Source: an uncultured Solirubrobacteraceae bacterium
GTDB taxonomy: Bacteria; Actinomycetota; Thermoleophilia; Solirubrobacterales; Solirubrobacteraceae
Assembly (NCBI GenBank): GCA_963756205.1
Contig: CAVWMU010000015.1
Coordinates: 16,192 to 80,191, forward strand
Reading direction: 5' to 3'
Length of the DNA stretch: 64,000 bases
Part shown: positions 9,348 through 16,809 of the stretch, piece by piece
Numbering within the stretch: position 1 is the stretch's first letter
How the letters are laid out: each line of letters begins with the position of its first letter
The notes under the pieces: model-generated
Database searches by the model: none
What the model saw: the letters and a program-made list of their open reading frames with translations, nothing else
Told to the model about the DNA's origin: nothing
Translations under genes and position numbers: made by a program

Positions 9348-9411
9348 TTGTGATTAGAGAGACGCCGCCGCGACGCGCTATCCAGCCGGGGTCGGATCGT
9401 AGGCTGCGCGC

Positions 9412-9669
9412 ATGGACGAGCAAGAGAGAGAGCGCGCGCAGGACTGGTTTGTGCGGTGGGTGGCCGGCAAGCCGTGTCCGCTATGCAACACCGAGAATTG
9501 GAACATCCGAGAACACCTCGGGCAAATCGAGAACCTTCCGCCTGGGCCACCTGGCTTGGTTCCCCCTAGGGGCCGCATCCCTGTCCTTCTCGTCGTTTGC
9601 CAGACCTGCGGCTACTTCCTGCCTGTGCAGGCGCTCGTTGCTGGAATCCGACAACTTCCCCCCGAATAG
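9412..9669 (+). CDS. Zinc-ribbon cargo protein, 85 aa
   Basis: CPLC…W and CQTCGY knuckles. Confidence 0.7.
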   Translation: MDEQERERAQDWFVRWVAGKPCPLCNTENWNIREHLGQIENLPPGPPGLVPPRGRIPVLLVVCQTCGYFLPVQALVAGIRQLPPE

Positions 9670-9677
9670 GTCTAGCG

Positions 9678-10157
9678 ATGGCAATGGATTGGCTCGACAG
9701 GCTGCGTGGAAGGCGGCCAATCCCGCCGCTAGAGCTTCCGACGACGAGCAAGGAGCGACACTCGGAAGGTGGGGGCGAACCAACGTGGCACGCAGACCCC
9801 GCGCAGGTAGCGAAGCTCGCGGACATGAGACGCCGTGAGATGTTGACGATCAGCAAGAGGCTCGGCCGTGTGGACAGGTTCTCGCGGGCCAATACGTTCG
9901 GGGCGGCCGGAACCCTGTTCGCTGGCGCTGCGCTCGCCGGAGCCTTTGGCCTAGAGCCGTTCCTTTCCCAGAATCCAAAGCCTGGCGCGGAATCGCAGCT
10001 GATCTATTTCGGAGCCCTGGGCGTGGCCGTGCTGATAGCTGGGCTCTGCCTGCTCGGGTTCGTCGTGGCTCGCAAAGAGCGCAGCGACACCGTAGCTGCG
10101 ATCAAGGAAGACCTAGATGGACTTCTTGAGGGCGAGTTGCATCATGACGCTACTTGA
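9678..10157 (+). CDS. Hypothetical two-TM membrane cargo protein
   Basis: ATG 8 nt after the upstream stop; two hydrophobic segments (FGAAGTLFAGAALAGAFGL; LIYFGALGVAVLIAGLCLLGFVVA). Confidence 0.6.
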   Translation: MAMDWLDRLRGRRPIPPLELPTTSKERHSEGGGEPTWHADPAQVAKLADMRRREMLTISKRLGRVDRFSRANTFGAAGTLFAGAALAGAFGLEPFLSQNPKPGAESQLIYFGALGVAVLIAGLCLLGFVVARKERSDTVAAIKEDLDGLLEGELHHDAT

Positions 10158-10188
10158 CACACGTACCTGTGTCTGCGGACCGTTCGGC

Positions 10189-10428
10189 CTACGACGCGTC
10201 GCCCCAACGTGCCCTAGCGGCGCGCCTGGCGGACTCGCTGCGCTCTTGGGGGGTCAGGGCCGCCGCGCGAGCGCTTCCGCCCTTGAGGCCGCCTTTGCGA
10301 CCAAGTGCAGCCATGTTCGCGTCCTTCCCGGCGTTCGGGTCGGGATCTTCGACCTGGCCGGTAGCGATGTCCACGATGAGCTTCCCGAGCTGGTTCGGGT
10401 CGCGTGGCCGTGGCGGTCGCTTAGGCAT
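10189..10428 (-). CDS. Small basic KGG-motif protein, divergent from the transposase
   Basis: MPKRPPRPRDPNQLGKLIVDIATG…ALGRKGGLKGGSARAAALTPQERSESARRAARARW, a family I recognise as usually adjacent to this transposase type. Confidence 0.8.
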   Translation of the reverse strand: MPKRPPRPRDPNQLGKLIVDIATGQVEDPDPNAGKDANMAALGRKGGLKGGSARAAALTPQERSESARRAARARWGDAS

Positions 10429-10486
10429 CTCGTCCATCGTAGCGTTGCCGTAGGGCGGAGTTTTTCCGTCCGACCGCTCACGCATA

Positions 10487-11335
10487 ATGTTCAGTATGAA
10501 CCGGCTGAGCACAGAGAAGCGCGCTCAGATCCTCTCGATGCTGGTGGAGGGGAACAGCCTGCGCGCGACGACGCGCATGGCTGGCTGCTCGATCAACACC
10601 GTCTCGAAACTGCTGCTGGACATCGGCGACGCCTGCACGGAGTTCCAAGACCGCACGCTGGTCGATCTGCCGTGCAAGTACATCGAGTGCGACGAGATTT
10701 GGGCGTACTGCTACGCGAAGGCCAAGAACGTCCCCGACGAGCACAAGGGCACGTTCGGCTACGGCGATGTCTGGACGTGGACCGCGATCGACGCGGACAC
10801 GAAGCTAGTCCCGTCGTGGCTCGTAGGCGAGCGCACGCTCCCCGACTGCTGGACGTTCATCGAAGACCTCAAGGGCCGCGTCAAGGGGCGTATGCAGATC
10901 AGCACGGACGCGCACCAGACCTACCGGGGCGTGGTGCCGCTGGTGTTCGAGCCGGGCGACGTGGACTGGGCACAGCTCATCAAGCGCTACCACACGGAGT
11001 ACCGTGGCGAGGGCCGCTACAGCCCGCCGGTCTGCATCGGCACGGAGACGCGCGTCCGCCTGGGCGACCCCGATCCCTCGCGCGTCAGCACGTCCTACGT
11101 CGAGCGCTCGAACCTCACGATGCGCATGGGCATGCGCCGCTTCACGCGCCTGACCAACGCGTTCTCAAAGAAGGTCGAGAACCACATGGCAGCGGTCGCC
11201 CTGCACTTCATGCACTACAACTTCGCTCGCCCGCACAAGAGCTTGGCGAATCCCTACCCGCGCACTCCCGCGATGGCAGCAGGCGTAGCCGACCACATCT
11301 GGTCAATGACCGAGATAGCTACCTTGCTCGACTAG
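10487..11335 (+). CDS. IS1-family DDE transposase (single ORF, N-terminal HTH)
   Basis: HTH (GNSLRATTRMAGCSINTV), IECDEIW, WTWTAIDADTK, ISTDA, YVERSNLTMR, RRFTRLTNAFSKK, RTPAMAAG. The true start may be ATG 10496, leaderless after CATAAT at 10483. Confidence 0.92.
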   Translation: MFSMNRLSTEKRAQILSMLVEGNSLRATTRMAGCSINTVSKLLLDIGDACTEFQDRTLVDLPCKYIECDEIWAYCYAKAKNVPDEHKGTFGYGDVWTWTAIDADTKLVPSWLVGERTLPDCWTFIEDLKGRVKGRMQISTDAHQTYRGVVPLVFEPGDVDWAQLIKRYHTEYRGEGRYSPPVCIGTETRVRLGDPDPSRVSTSYVERSNLTMRMGMRRFTRLTNAFSKKVENHMAAVALHFMHYNFARPHKSLANPYPRTPAMAAGVADHIWSMTEIATLLD

Positions 11336-11442
11336 CGCGGTATGTCCCATGCGACATGTCTACTGAGACGTTGGGAAATGGGGGTAGGAGTAGTATTGTT
11401 GGTAAGGCAGTTATCAAGATCCATAGTTTTGCCGATGTAAAG

Positions 11443-11516
11443 GGTGGCCGACGGGTCTCGAACCCGCATCGTTCCGGTTACAAATCGGAAGCTCTGCCCA
11501 TTGAGCTACGACCACC
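11443..11516 (-). tRNA. tRNA-like gene: UGU (Thr) anticodon on a His-type acceptor stem, no encoded CCA
   Basis: G-GTGGTCG-TA-GCTC-AATGGGCA-GAGC-T-TCCGA-TTTGTAA-CCGGA-ACGAT-GCGGG-TTCGAGA-CCCGT-CGGCCAC-C folds into a full cloverleaf with one A31:C39 mismatch. Confidence 0.8.
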
Positions 11517-11520
11517 GTGT

Positions 11521-11557
11521 GGAGTCCGGGGGCTGCAACCCTCGGACTCCCTTTATT
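11521..11557 (+). terminator. 12-bp hairpin followed by a T-rich tail
   Basis: GGAGTCCGGGGG-CTGCAA-CCCTCGGACTCC-CTTTATT. Confidence 0.55.
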
Positions 11558-11624
11558 GTAGGAGCCTCTCGATGCTCGACCGGAGCAGTTGCGCGAGCGT
11601 TGCTCGTGCGCGTGTCGTTGCGGA

Positions 11625-11783
11625 TCAGGGTCTGAGCGATCCGCGCACGATGCGGACGAATCCCGCCAGGAACACGATGCACAACGCGCCGCCGATGGCG
11701 CTCAGCCAGACCACGCCGAGCTGCGCTGCACCAACAGCCAGCAAAATCCCCACGCCCCCGATAGCTCTAAGGCGATACGGCAT
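11625..11783 (-). CDS. Tiny hydrophobic two-TM cargo peptide (about 52 aa)
   Basis: MPYRLRAIGGVGILLAVGAAQLGVVWLSAIGGALCIVFLAGFVRIVRGSLRP. Confidence 0.45.
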   Translation of the reverse strand: MPYRLRAIGGVGILLAVGAAQLGVVWLSAIGGALCIVFLAGFVRIVRGSLRP

Positions 11784-11818
11784 GCTGCACAGAGTAGCCG
11801 CTCGCTGGTGCGGCCGAT

Positions 11819-11836
11819 CCAAACTGAGACACTACC
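11819..11836 (-). repeat. Right terminal inverted repeat
   Basis: CCAAACTGAGACACTACC, followed immediately by the TSD ATGCAACG. Confidence 0.92.
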
Positions 11837-11841
11837 ATGCA

Positions 11842-11869
11842 ACGCCCGATAATGCATGTTATGTAAACC
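11842..11869 (+). other. dif-like XerC/XerD recombination site
   Basis: ACGCCCGATAA-TGCATG-TTATGTAAACC has the 11-6-11 layout with the conserved ATAA-N6-TTATGT core and an actinobacterial-type CCGATAA XerC arm; intergenic and AT-rich in a GC-rich genome. Confidence 0.8.
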
Positions 11870-11968
11870 TTGAAAGGAAAAGGCGTGCCACGGGCCCGCG
11901 TTCCCGTGTAAGACGACGGCGGAAATGGGATACGTGTCCAACGGCATCGAGTCGCACGCAAAGGGCCA

Positions 11969-12616
11969 GTGATGCTGGGCACGACACCAGACCGCCAAGG
12001 TCGGTTGAGCGAAGCTCGAGCGCACCTTCGCCAGGCCGATCCTGTGATCGGGCAACTGATCGACGCGCACCCGGACTTCGACCCCCGCGCGTGGCTGGCG
12101 GAGCTGCCGCGGATGGATGCGTTCGGGACGCTGATCTTCCAGATCATCGGCCAGCAGCTCTCGGTCCAGGCGACGCGACGGCTGCTCGCCCGGCTCCAGG
12201 ACGAGTTCGCCGGCCAGCTGCCTGCGCCAGCACAGCTGCTCGACGCCGACCCTGACGCGCTTCACGCCGCGGGGCTCTCCCGCCGCAAGGTTCAGACGAT
12301 CCGCGCCCTCGCCGCCGAATTCGCCAGCCAGCGCATCGCCGAGCCCCGGCTGCGCTTGATGTCAGACGCCGAGATCGAGGCCCGACTCACCGCCATCCCA
12401 GGCATCGGCCCGTGGACGGTACACGGCTTCCTGATCATCGCCCTGGAACGCGACGACGTCGTCCTCCCCGGCGACCTCGCGCTCCGCAAGGCGATCCAGC
12501 GTACATATCGCCTCGACCACCTCCCAAGCCAGGAGGAGGTCGTCCAGATCGCCGAACCCTGGCGGCCGTACCGGACCCTCGCCAGCGCCTACCTGTTCAC
12601 CACCGCATTCGAATAA
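11969..12616 (+). CDS. DNA-3-methyladenine glycosylase II family (AlkA-like, HhH-GPD)
   Basis: IIGQQLS, GLSRRK, HhH motif LTAIPGIGPWT, LPGDL, WRPYR. Confidence 0.9.
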   Translation: MMLGTTPDRQGRLSEARAHLRQADPVIGQLIDAHPDFDPRAWLAELPRMDAFGTLIFQIIGQQLSVQATRRLLARLQDEFAGQLPAPAQLLDADPDALHAAGLSRRKVQTIRALAAEFASQRIAEPRLRLMSDAEIEARLTAIPGIGPWTVHGFLIIALERDDVVLPGDLALRKAIQRTYRLDHLPSQEEVVQIAEPWRPYRTLASAYLFTTAFE

Positions 12617-12679
12617 CGCACTGTCACCCCCGGCCGAGACCCGTCGGCGGCTGAGCGTCAGCCGCGTCGTACACGACGA

Positions 12680-13432
12680 TCACGGGTCCGGTGCGAGCGT
12701 GGCCTCGATCTGCAGGCGCACGAAGTCGATCGCGGGCTCGGGCAGCCGATCGCAGACGCCGCTGACGAACGCCGCTCGCCGCTCGCTCCGCATCTCGCGC
12801 AGCGGCGCGGCGAGCATCACGGTGGCGACGAACGCCTCCAGCTGGGCGCGATCCTCGAAGCGGGCCTCGTCCGCCACCAACCGCACCGCGCTCTGCGGGA
12901 AGCCGGCCGCGCGCAGCTGCGCGCGCGTGTCCTCGACGCCGGCGAAGCTCCAGAAGCGCGAGCCGTCGTCGTGCGCAGGGCCGAGCGCGTGCAGGAAGCG
13001 CGCGATGTTGCCCTCGCCGCCGCACTCGATCACGATGCGCCCGCCCGGTTCCAGCAGGCGCGCGAGCTCGTCGAACACGTGCCGGTGGTTGGGCAGCCAG
13101 TGGAGCGTGGCGACGCTGATCGCCGTGTCGAACGGGCCGTGCAGGCCGAACGGCTGGCGCAGGTCGCGGTGGAACATCTGCAGACGGCCGTCCGCATCGC
13201 CGAGACGCTCGCGCAGCCGCTCGAGCATCTGCAGCGAGCCGTCGACGGCGACCACGCGGCCGCGCGGCAGCGCTTCCAAGAGGCGCTCGGTGTCGCGACC
13301 GCTGCCGCAGCCGAGCTCGAGCACCGTCTCATCGCCCCGCGGCGCCAGGCGCTCGAGCGCATCCCTCCCCCACCGCTTGTGCGGCAGATCGAGCGTGTCG
13401 TACGTGCGTGCGTCCCACTCCAGAAGCTCCAT
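12680..13432 (-). CDS. Class I SAM-dependent methyltransferase (Tam-like)
   Basis: VLELGCGSG motif I, SVATLHW, LEPGG. Confidence 0.85.
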   Translation of the reverse strand: MELLEWDARTYDTLDLPHKRWGRDALERLAPRGDETVLELGCGSGRDTERLLEALPRGRVVAVDGSLQMLERLRERLGDADGRLQMFHRDLRQPFGLHGPFDTAISVATLHWLPNHRHVFDELARLLEPGGRIVIECGGEGNIARFLHALGPAHDDGSRFWSFAGVEDTRAQLRAAGFPQSAVRLVADEARFEDRAQLEAFVATVMLAAPLREMRSERRAAFVSGVCDRLPEPAIDFVRLQIEATLAPDP

Positions 13433-13463
13433 GCGCCCCTCCAGTAGTCGGCGATCCCGGACG

Positions 13464-13485
13464 TCTGTACGTTATATAATACAGA
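13464..13485. promoter_or_regulatory. AT-rich palindromic operator/promoter in the divergent methyltransferase/ohr intergenic region
   Basis: TCTGTA-CG-TTATATAA-TACAGA contains a TATAAT -10 hexamer. Confidence 0.5.
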
Positions 13486-13612
13486 TAAGGAGGCCTGCGG
13501 TCTCCCCCGGCGGGCCGGACGTGGATCCCAGGCGCGATGACCGAGGTCGACGTGCGCCCCTCGGCGGCCGGCTAGCATCTGGACGGACCCCGACCGCGAC
13601 GAGAGGGATGCG

Positions 13613-14050
13613 ATGGCAGACAAGCTCTACACGGCAAAGGCGCACGTGACAGGCGGGCGCATGGAGGGACACGGCCACTCCAGCGACGGCGCGCTCGACG
13701 TGCAGCTGCGGATCCCCTCCGAGATGGGCGGGCCCGGCGGTGGCACCAATCCGGAGCAGCTGTTCGCCGTCGGCTACGCCGCCTGCTTCGAGGGCGCGCT
13801 CGGCGTCGCCGCGCGCCGCGCCAAGGTCGAGGCGGGTGACGCGGCGATCGACTCCGAGGTCTCGCTCTCGCCCGACGGCCACGGCGGCTTCGTGCTGTCG
13901 GTCGGCCTCGACGTGAGCCTGCCGTCGATCGCCGACGCCGCCGCGGCGGTCGAGCTGGTGCGCGCCGCGCACGCCGTGTGCCCGTATTCGAACGCCACCC
14001 GCGGCAACATCGACGTGACACTCACCGCCAACGGCGCGCCCGTCGAGTAG
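13613..14050 (+). CDS. ohr: Organic hydroperoxide resistance protein
   Basis: GGR, TNPEQLFAVGYAACF and AHAVCPYSNATRGN motifs. Confidence 0.95.
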   Translation: MADKLYTAKAHVTGGRMEGHGHSSDGALDVQLRIPSEMGGPGGGTNPEQLFAVGYAACFEGALGVAARRAKVEAGDAAIDSEVSLSPDGHGGFVLSVGLDVSLPSIADAAAAVELVRAAHAVCPYSNATRGNIDVTLTANGAPVE

Positions 14051-14089
14051 TTCCCGCCGACAGGCGCGCGTCCGCTGCCGACCGCGACG

Positions 14090-14983
14090 ATGAGCCCGAG
14101 GTCCGCAGTCAAGCCGGCGGCGGTGCTGGCAGTGCTCGTGAGCGGCGCCATGTCAGCCCCTCGCCTCGCCGCCGGGGAGCCTCGCGATGGCGCGACTCCC
14201 CGGCGTGCGTCCTCCCGCGCTCGCGAGGCGATTGTCGGCGGCACACCCGCGCCGGTCGGCGCATTCGCATCCGTCGTGGAGATCTTCGACGTCCGCGCCG
14301 GCGAGGTCGGCCAGTGCACCGGAACCGTCGTCGCCCCCAGCCTGATCCTGACCGCCGGCCACTGCGCGGAGAACGTCAAGACAGGGGTCCCCAACGCGAG
14401 CTCCGGCTACAGGGTGCTGACCGCCGCCAACGGTGGAGCGTCCGACGAAAGGCAGACCTCGACGGTGTCCTCGGTGATCGTCTACGAAGGCTTCCGCCGC
14501 AGGGTGGATGACGCAGACGCCGCGCTGCTGGTCCTGTCCGCGCCCACCGCCGCTCCGCCGATCGGACTCGCCGGCCCCGCCTCGGGCACGCCTCGCGCCG
14601 GCTCGACGGCAACGATGGTGGGTTGGGGCAAGAGCTCCTACTCGCAACGGCATCCAACGCAGGAGCTGCAGTCGGCCGACACCGTCGTGCAGGGGGATCG
14701 CTGGTGCAAGCACAACGCACCGCCGTTCTACGCCGGCGGCGAGATATGCACCATCGACCCGCCGACCTACGGCAGCGGAGCCTGCGGCGGCGACAGCGGC
14801 GGCCCTTTGCTGATCCAGCAGGGCTCGGGTGAACAGCCGGTCGAGATCGGCATCGTCGCGCATGGATACGGCCGATGCTCCACGCGACTCCCGTCCGTAT
14901 TCACACGTGTGGATCGGATCGCGGCATGGGCCCATACGTGGATGGCGGCGTACACGCAGAGCCCGTCACAGCCGACGACATAG
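14090..14983 (+). CDS. Secreted trypsin-like S1 serine protease
   Basis: Signal peptide, IVGG mature N-terminus, LTAGHC, DAALL, GDSGGPL. Confidence 0.92.
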   Translation: MSPRSAVKPAAVLAVLVSGAMSAPRLAAGEPRDGATPRRASSRAREAIVGGTPAPVGAFASVVEIFDVRAGEVGQCTGTVVAPSLILTAGHCAENVKTGVPNASSGYRVLTAANGGASDERQTSTVSSVIVYEGFRRRVDDADAALLVLSAPTAAPPIGLAGPASGTPRAGSTATMVGWGKSSYSQRHPTQELQSADTVVQGDRWCKHNAPPFYAGGEICTIDPPTYGSGACGGDSGGPLLIQQGSGEQPVEIGIVAHGYGRCSTRLPSVFTRVDRIAAWAHTWMAAYTQSPSQPTT

Positions 14984-15044
14984 CCGGCTGCGTGGCGCCC
15001 TCTCCTGAGCCACCGACCGTCCGCGCCAGCGGGTGCGTCCGGCG

Positions 15045-15503
15045 CTAGCGCCCGAGGGTGCGCTCGAGCTCGCGCGCGCGCCCGCCCAGTCCCGCGAGCA
15101 GCGAGCGGACCTGCTCGAGGTCGGCGCGCAGCTCCACGTCTCCGACCTCCACTGGCAGCATCGAGTCCTGCAGCGTCGCCAGCAGCCTGTCCGCATCGGC
15201 GATCGCCGCCACCGCGCTGTCCAGGAAGCCCCTGGCCCCGTGCGCGGGAGCGCCCGCGATCGCCGGCTCGAACTCGCGTCCGGGCAGGCCGTGGCGTGCG
15301 GCAAAGCCGGCGTGCGCGCGCTGCGCACGCCCGTAGGCCGCCTGCGCCGGGCGAAACAGCGCCTCCTCGACCGCGTCGGCATTGCGTTCGTCCAGCCGCT
15401 CGTACGCTTCCCCGAGCGACGACAGCGCCATGCCGAGCCTGTCGGCCGCTTCCGCAACCGTGTCGAGCAGCTGCTGCCTGGCGTCCGCGGTCGTGTAGGG
15501 CAC
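15045..15503 (-). CDS. Hypothetical helical protein
   Basis: Protein-like segment from GTG 15503 (VPYTTADARQQLLD…LPVEVGDVELR) with GC-genome codon pattern. Confidence 0.65.
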   Translation of the reverse strand: MPYTTADARQQLLDTVAEAADRLGMALSSLGEAYERLDERNADAVEEALFRPAQAAYGRAQRAHAGFAARHGLPGREFEPAIAGAPAHGARGFLDSAVAAIADADRLLATLQDSMLPVEVGDVELRADLEQVRSLLAGLGGRARELERTLGR

Positions 15504-15529
15504 GCGCACCAGGTTAGTGCGCGCCGCCG

Positions 15530-16063
15530 TCAGTCGATGGCGTACACGAGCGTGACCTGTGCGCTCAGCGTGCAGGTCACGGTATCCGCCTTCTTGGCGG
15601 AGGAATGCTTCTTGCGGTGCTTCACCGTCGGTTTCGAGGACTTGGCTGCAACCTCCGGCGCCACCGCCCGCACCGAGGAGACGCCATTCGCCGGGGAGCC
15701 GAAGTCCGGTTCTTCTCCCTGATAGGAGGCGTAGTCGCCGGCTTCTTCGTCGGTGCCACGGCACCCGATCGAGCCGCCGCCTTCGACGATGCTCTGCACG
15801 CTCCCGAGCGTCGACCCGGTCTTGCCGGCGAGGAATTCAGCCTTGCTCTGGCCGTCGGCGATCGCGGCGGCCATCCCCTGGCGATAGACGGCGGTCGCTT
15901 CCGCGAGCTTCGCGTACTGGCCGATCGGCACCGTTGCGACGCCCTCGACGCTCACGCTGCGCACGGGCGTCGTGGCGGGGGCTTCCGCGGCGGCGACGCC
16001 GAGCATGTTGACCACCACCAAGCCGGCAGCCACCGCCAGCATCGCTGCGATCGCGTTCCTCAT
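15530..16063 (-). CDS. Secreted SIMPL/DUF541-like protein
   Basis: Signal peptide, VSVEG, A…KAEFLA…LGSVQSIVE, and C-terminal [10 protein letters not shown]. Confidence 0.7.
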   Translation of the reverse strand: MRNAIAAMLAVAAGLVVVNMLGVAAAEAPATTPVRSVSVEGVATVPIGQYAKLAEATAVYRQGMAAAIADGQSKAEFLAGKTGSTLGSVQSIVEGGGSIGCRGTDEEAGDYASYQGEEPDFGSPANGVSSVRAVAPEVAAKSSKPTVKHRKKHSSAKKADTVTCTLSAQVTLVYAID

Positions 16064-16077
16064 CGTTGCAACCGATG

Positions 16078-16783
16078 CTAGCGCGGAGAGTCGGCGAGCG
16101 CTCGTGCGCGCTCGAGCACTGCGTCGATCATCGGCTCGGTCAGCCTGCCCGTGAACGTGTTCTGCTGGCTCGGGTGGTAGCAGCCGATCAGGTGGTGCTC
16201 GCCCGCCAGCTCCGCGCCGTGGGCGAAGCGCGGACGCGGTCGCGCGGCACGGCGTCGGGACCCGCCGCGCCGCCGTCAGGCGCAGGGCGGCGTCCCATGC
16301 GAACGCGCCCAGGCACACCAGCACCCGCACGTCGCTCAGCAGCGCCAGCTCCGCGACGCTCCAGGGCAGGCAGCGCTCGCGCTCTTCAGGGCTCGGGCGG
16401 TTCGCGGGCGGCGCGCAGCGGACCGCCGCGGTGATCCACGCGTCGCGCAGCTCCAGGCCGTCGTCGCGGGACCGCGAGTGCGGCTGGCTGGCGAAGCCCG
16501 CGCGCCACAGGGCCGCGAACAGGAAGTCCCCCGAGCGATCGCCCGTGAACATGCGGCCCGTACGGTTGGCGCCGTGCGCGGCGGGAGCCAGGCCGAGCAG
16601 CAGCACGCGCGCCGCCGGGTCGCCGAAGCCCGGGACGGGACGTCCCCAGTACTCATCCTCGGCGAATGCCGCGCGGCGCTCGCGCGCGACCTGCTCGCGC
16701 CAGGCCACCAGGCGCGGGCAGCGCCGGCAGCCGCCGACTTCCGCCGCGAGCTCGCGCAGGCGGGTTGACCTTTCCGATTGCAC
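16078..16783 (-). CDS. udgB: Uracil-DNA glycosylase family 5 (apparent frameshift near 16230-16260)
   Basis: [36 protein letters not shown]; the C-terminal [14 protein letters not shown] is in another frame ending at TAG 16078. Confidence 0.9.
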
Positions 16784-16809
16784 AGCGCAGTAGTACCATC
16801 GCCCATGCG

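Larger units (their letters stand above)
8058..11836. mobile_element. IS1-family cargo-carrying transposon (transporter IS), 3,779 bp
   Basis: Perfect 18-bp TIRs (GGTAGTGTCTCAGTTTGG at 8058-8075; CCAAACTGAGACACTACC at 11819-11836), 8-bp TSD, internal IS1-type DDE transposase. GGT-N-N-TG ends and an 8-9 bp TSD fit the IS1 family. Confidence 0.92.

Noticed and set aside
11443-11516. tRNA as an integration (attB) site of a genomic island
   Set aside because: I found no duplicated 3' tRNA fragment and no integrase; the boundaries are defined by TIRs and a TSD, with the gene internal.
10117-12255. 712-aa ORF across the transposase, tRNA-like gene and dif
   Set aside because: Arg/Pro-rich shadow frame that crosses the element boundary; no recognisable motifs.
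15530-16783. UdgB-SIMPL fusion ORF
   Set aside because: The true UdgB C-terminus and stop are in another frame (16078), and the SIMPL gene has its own ATG and signal peptide.
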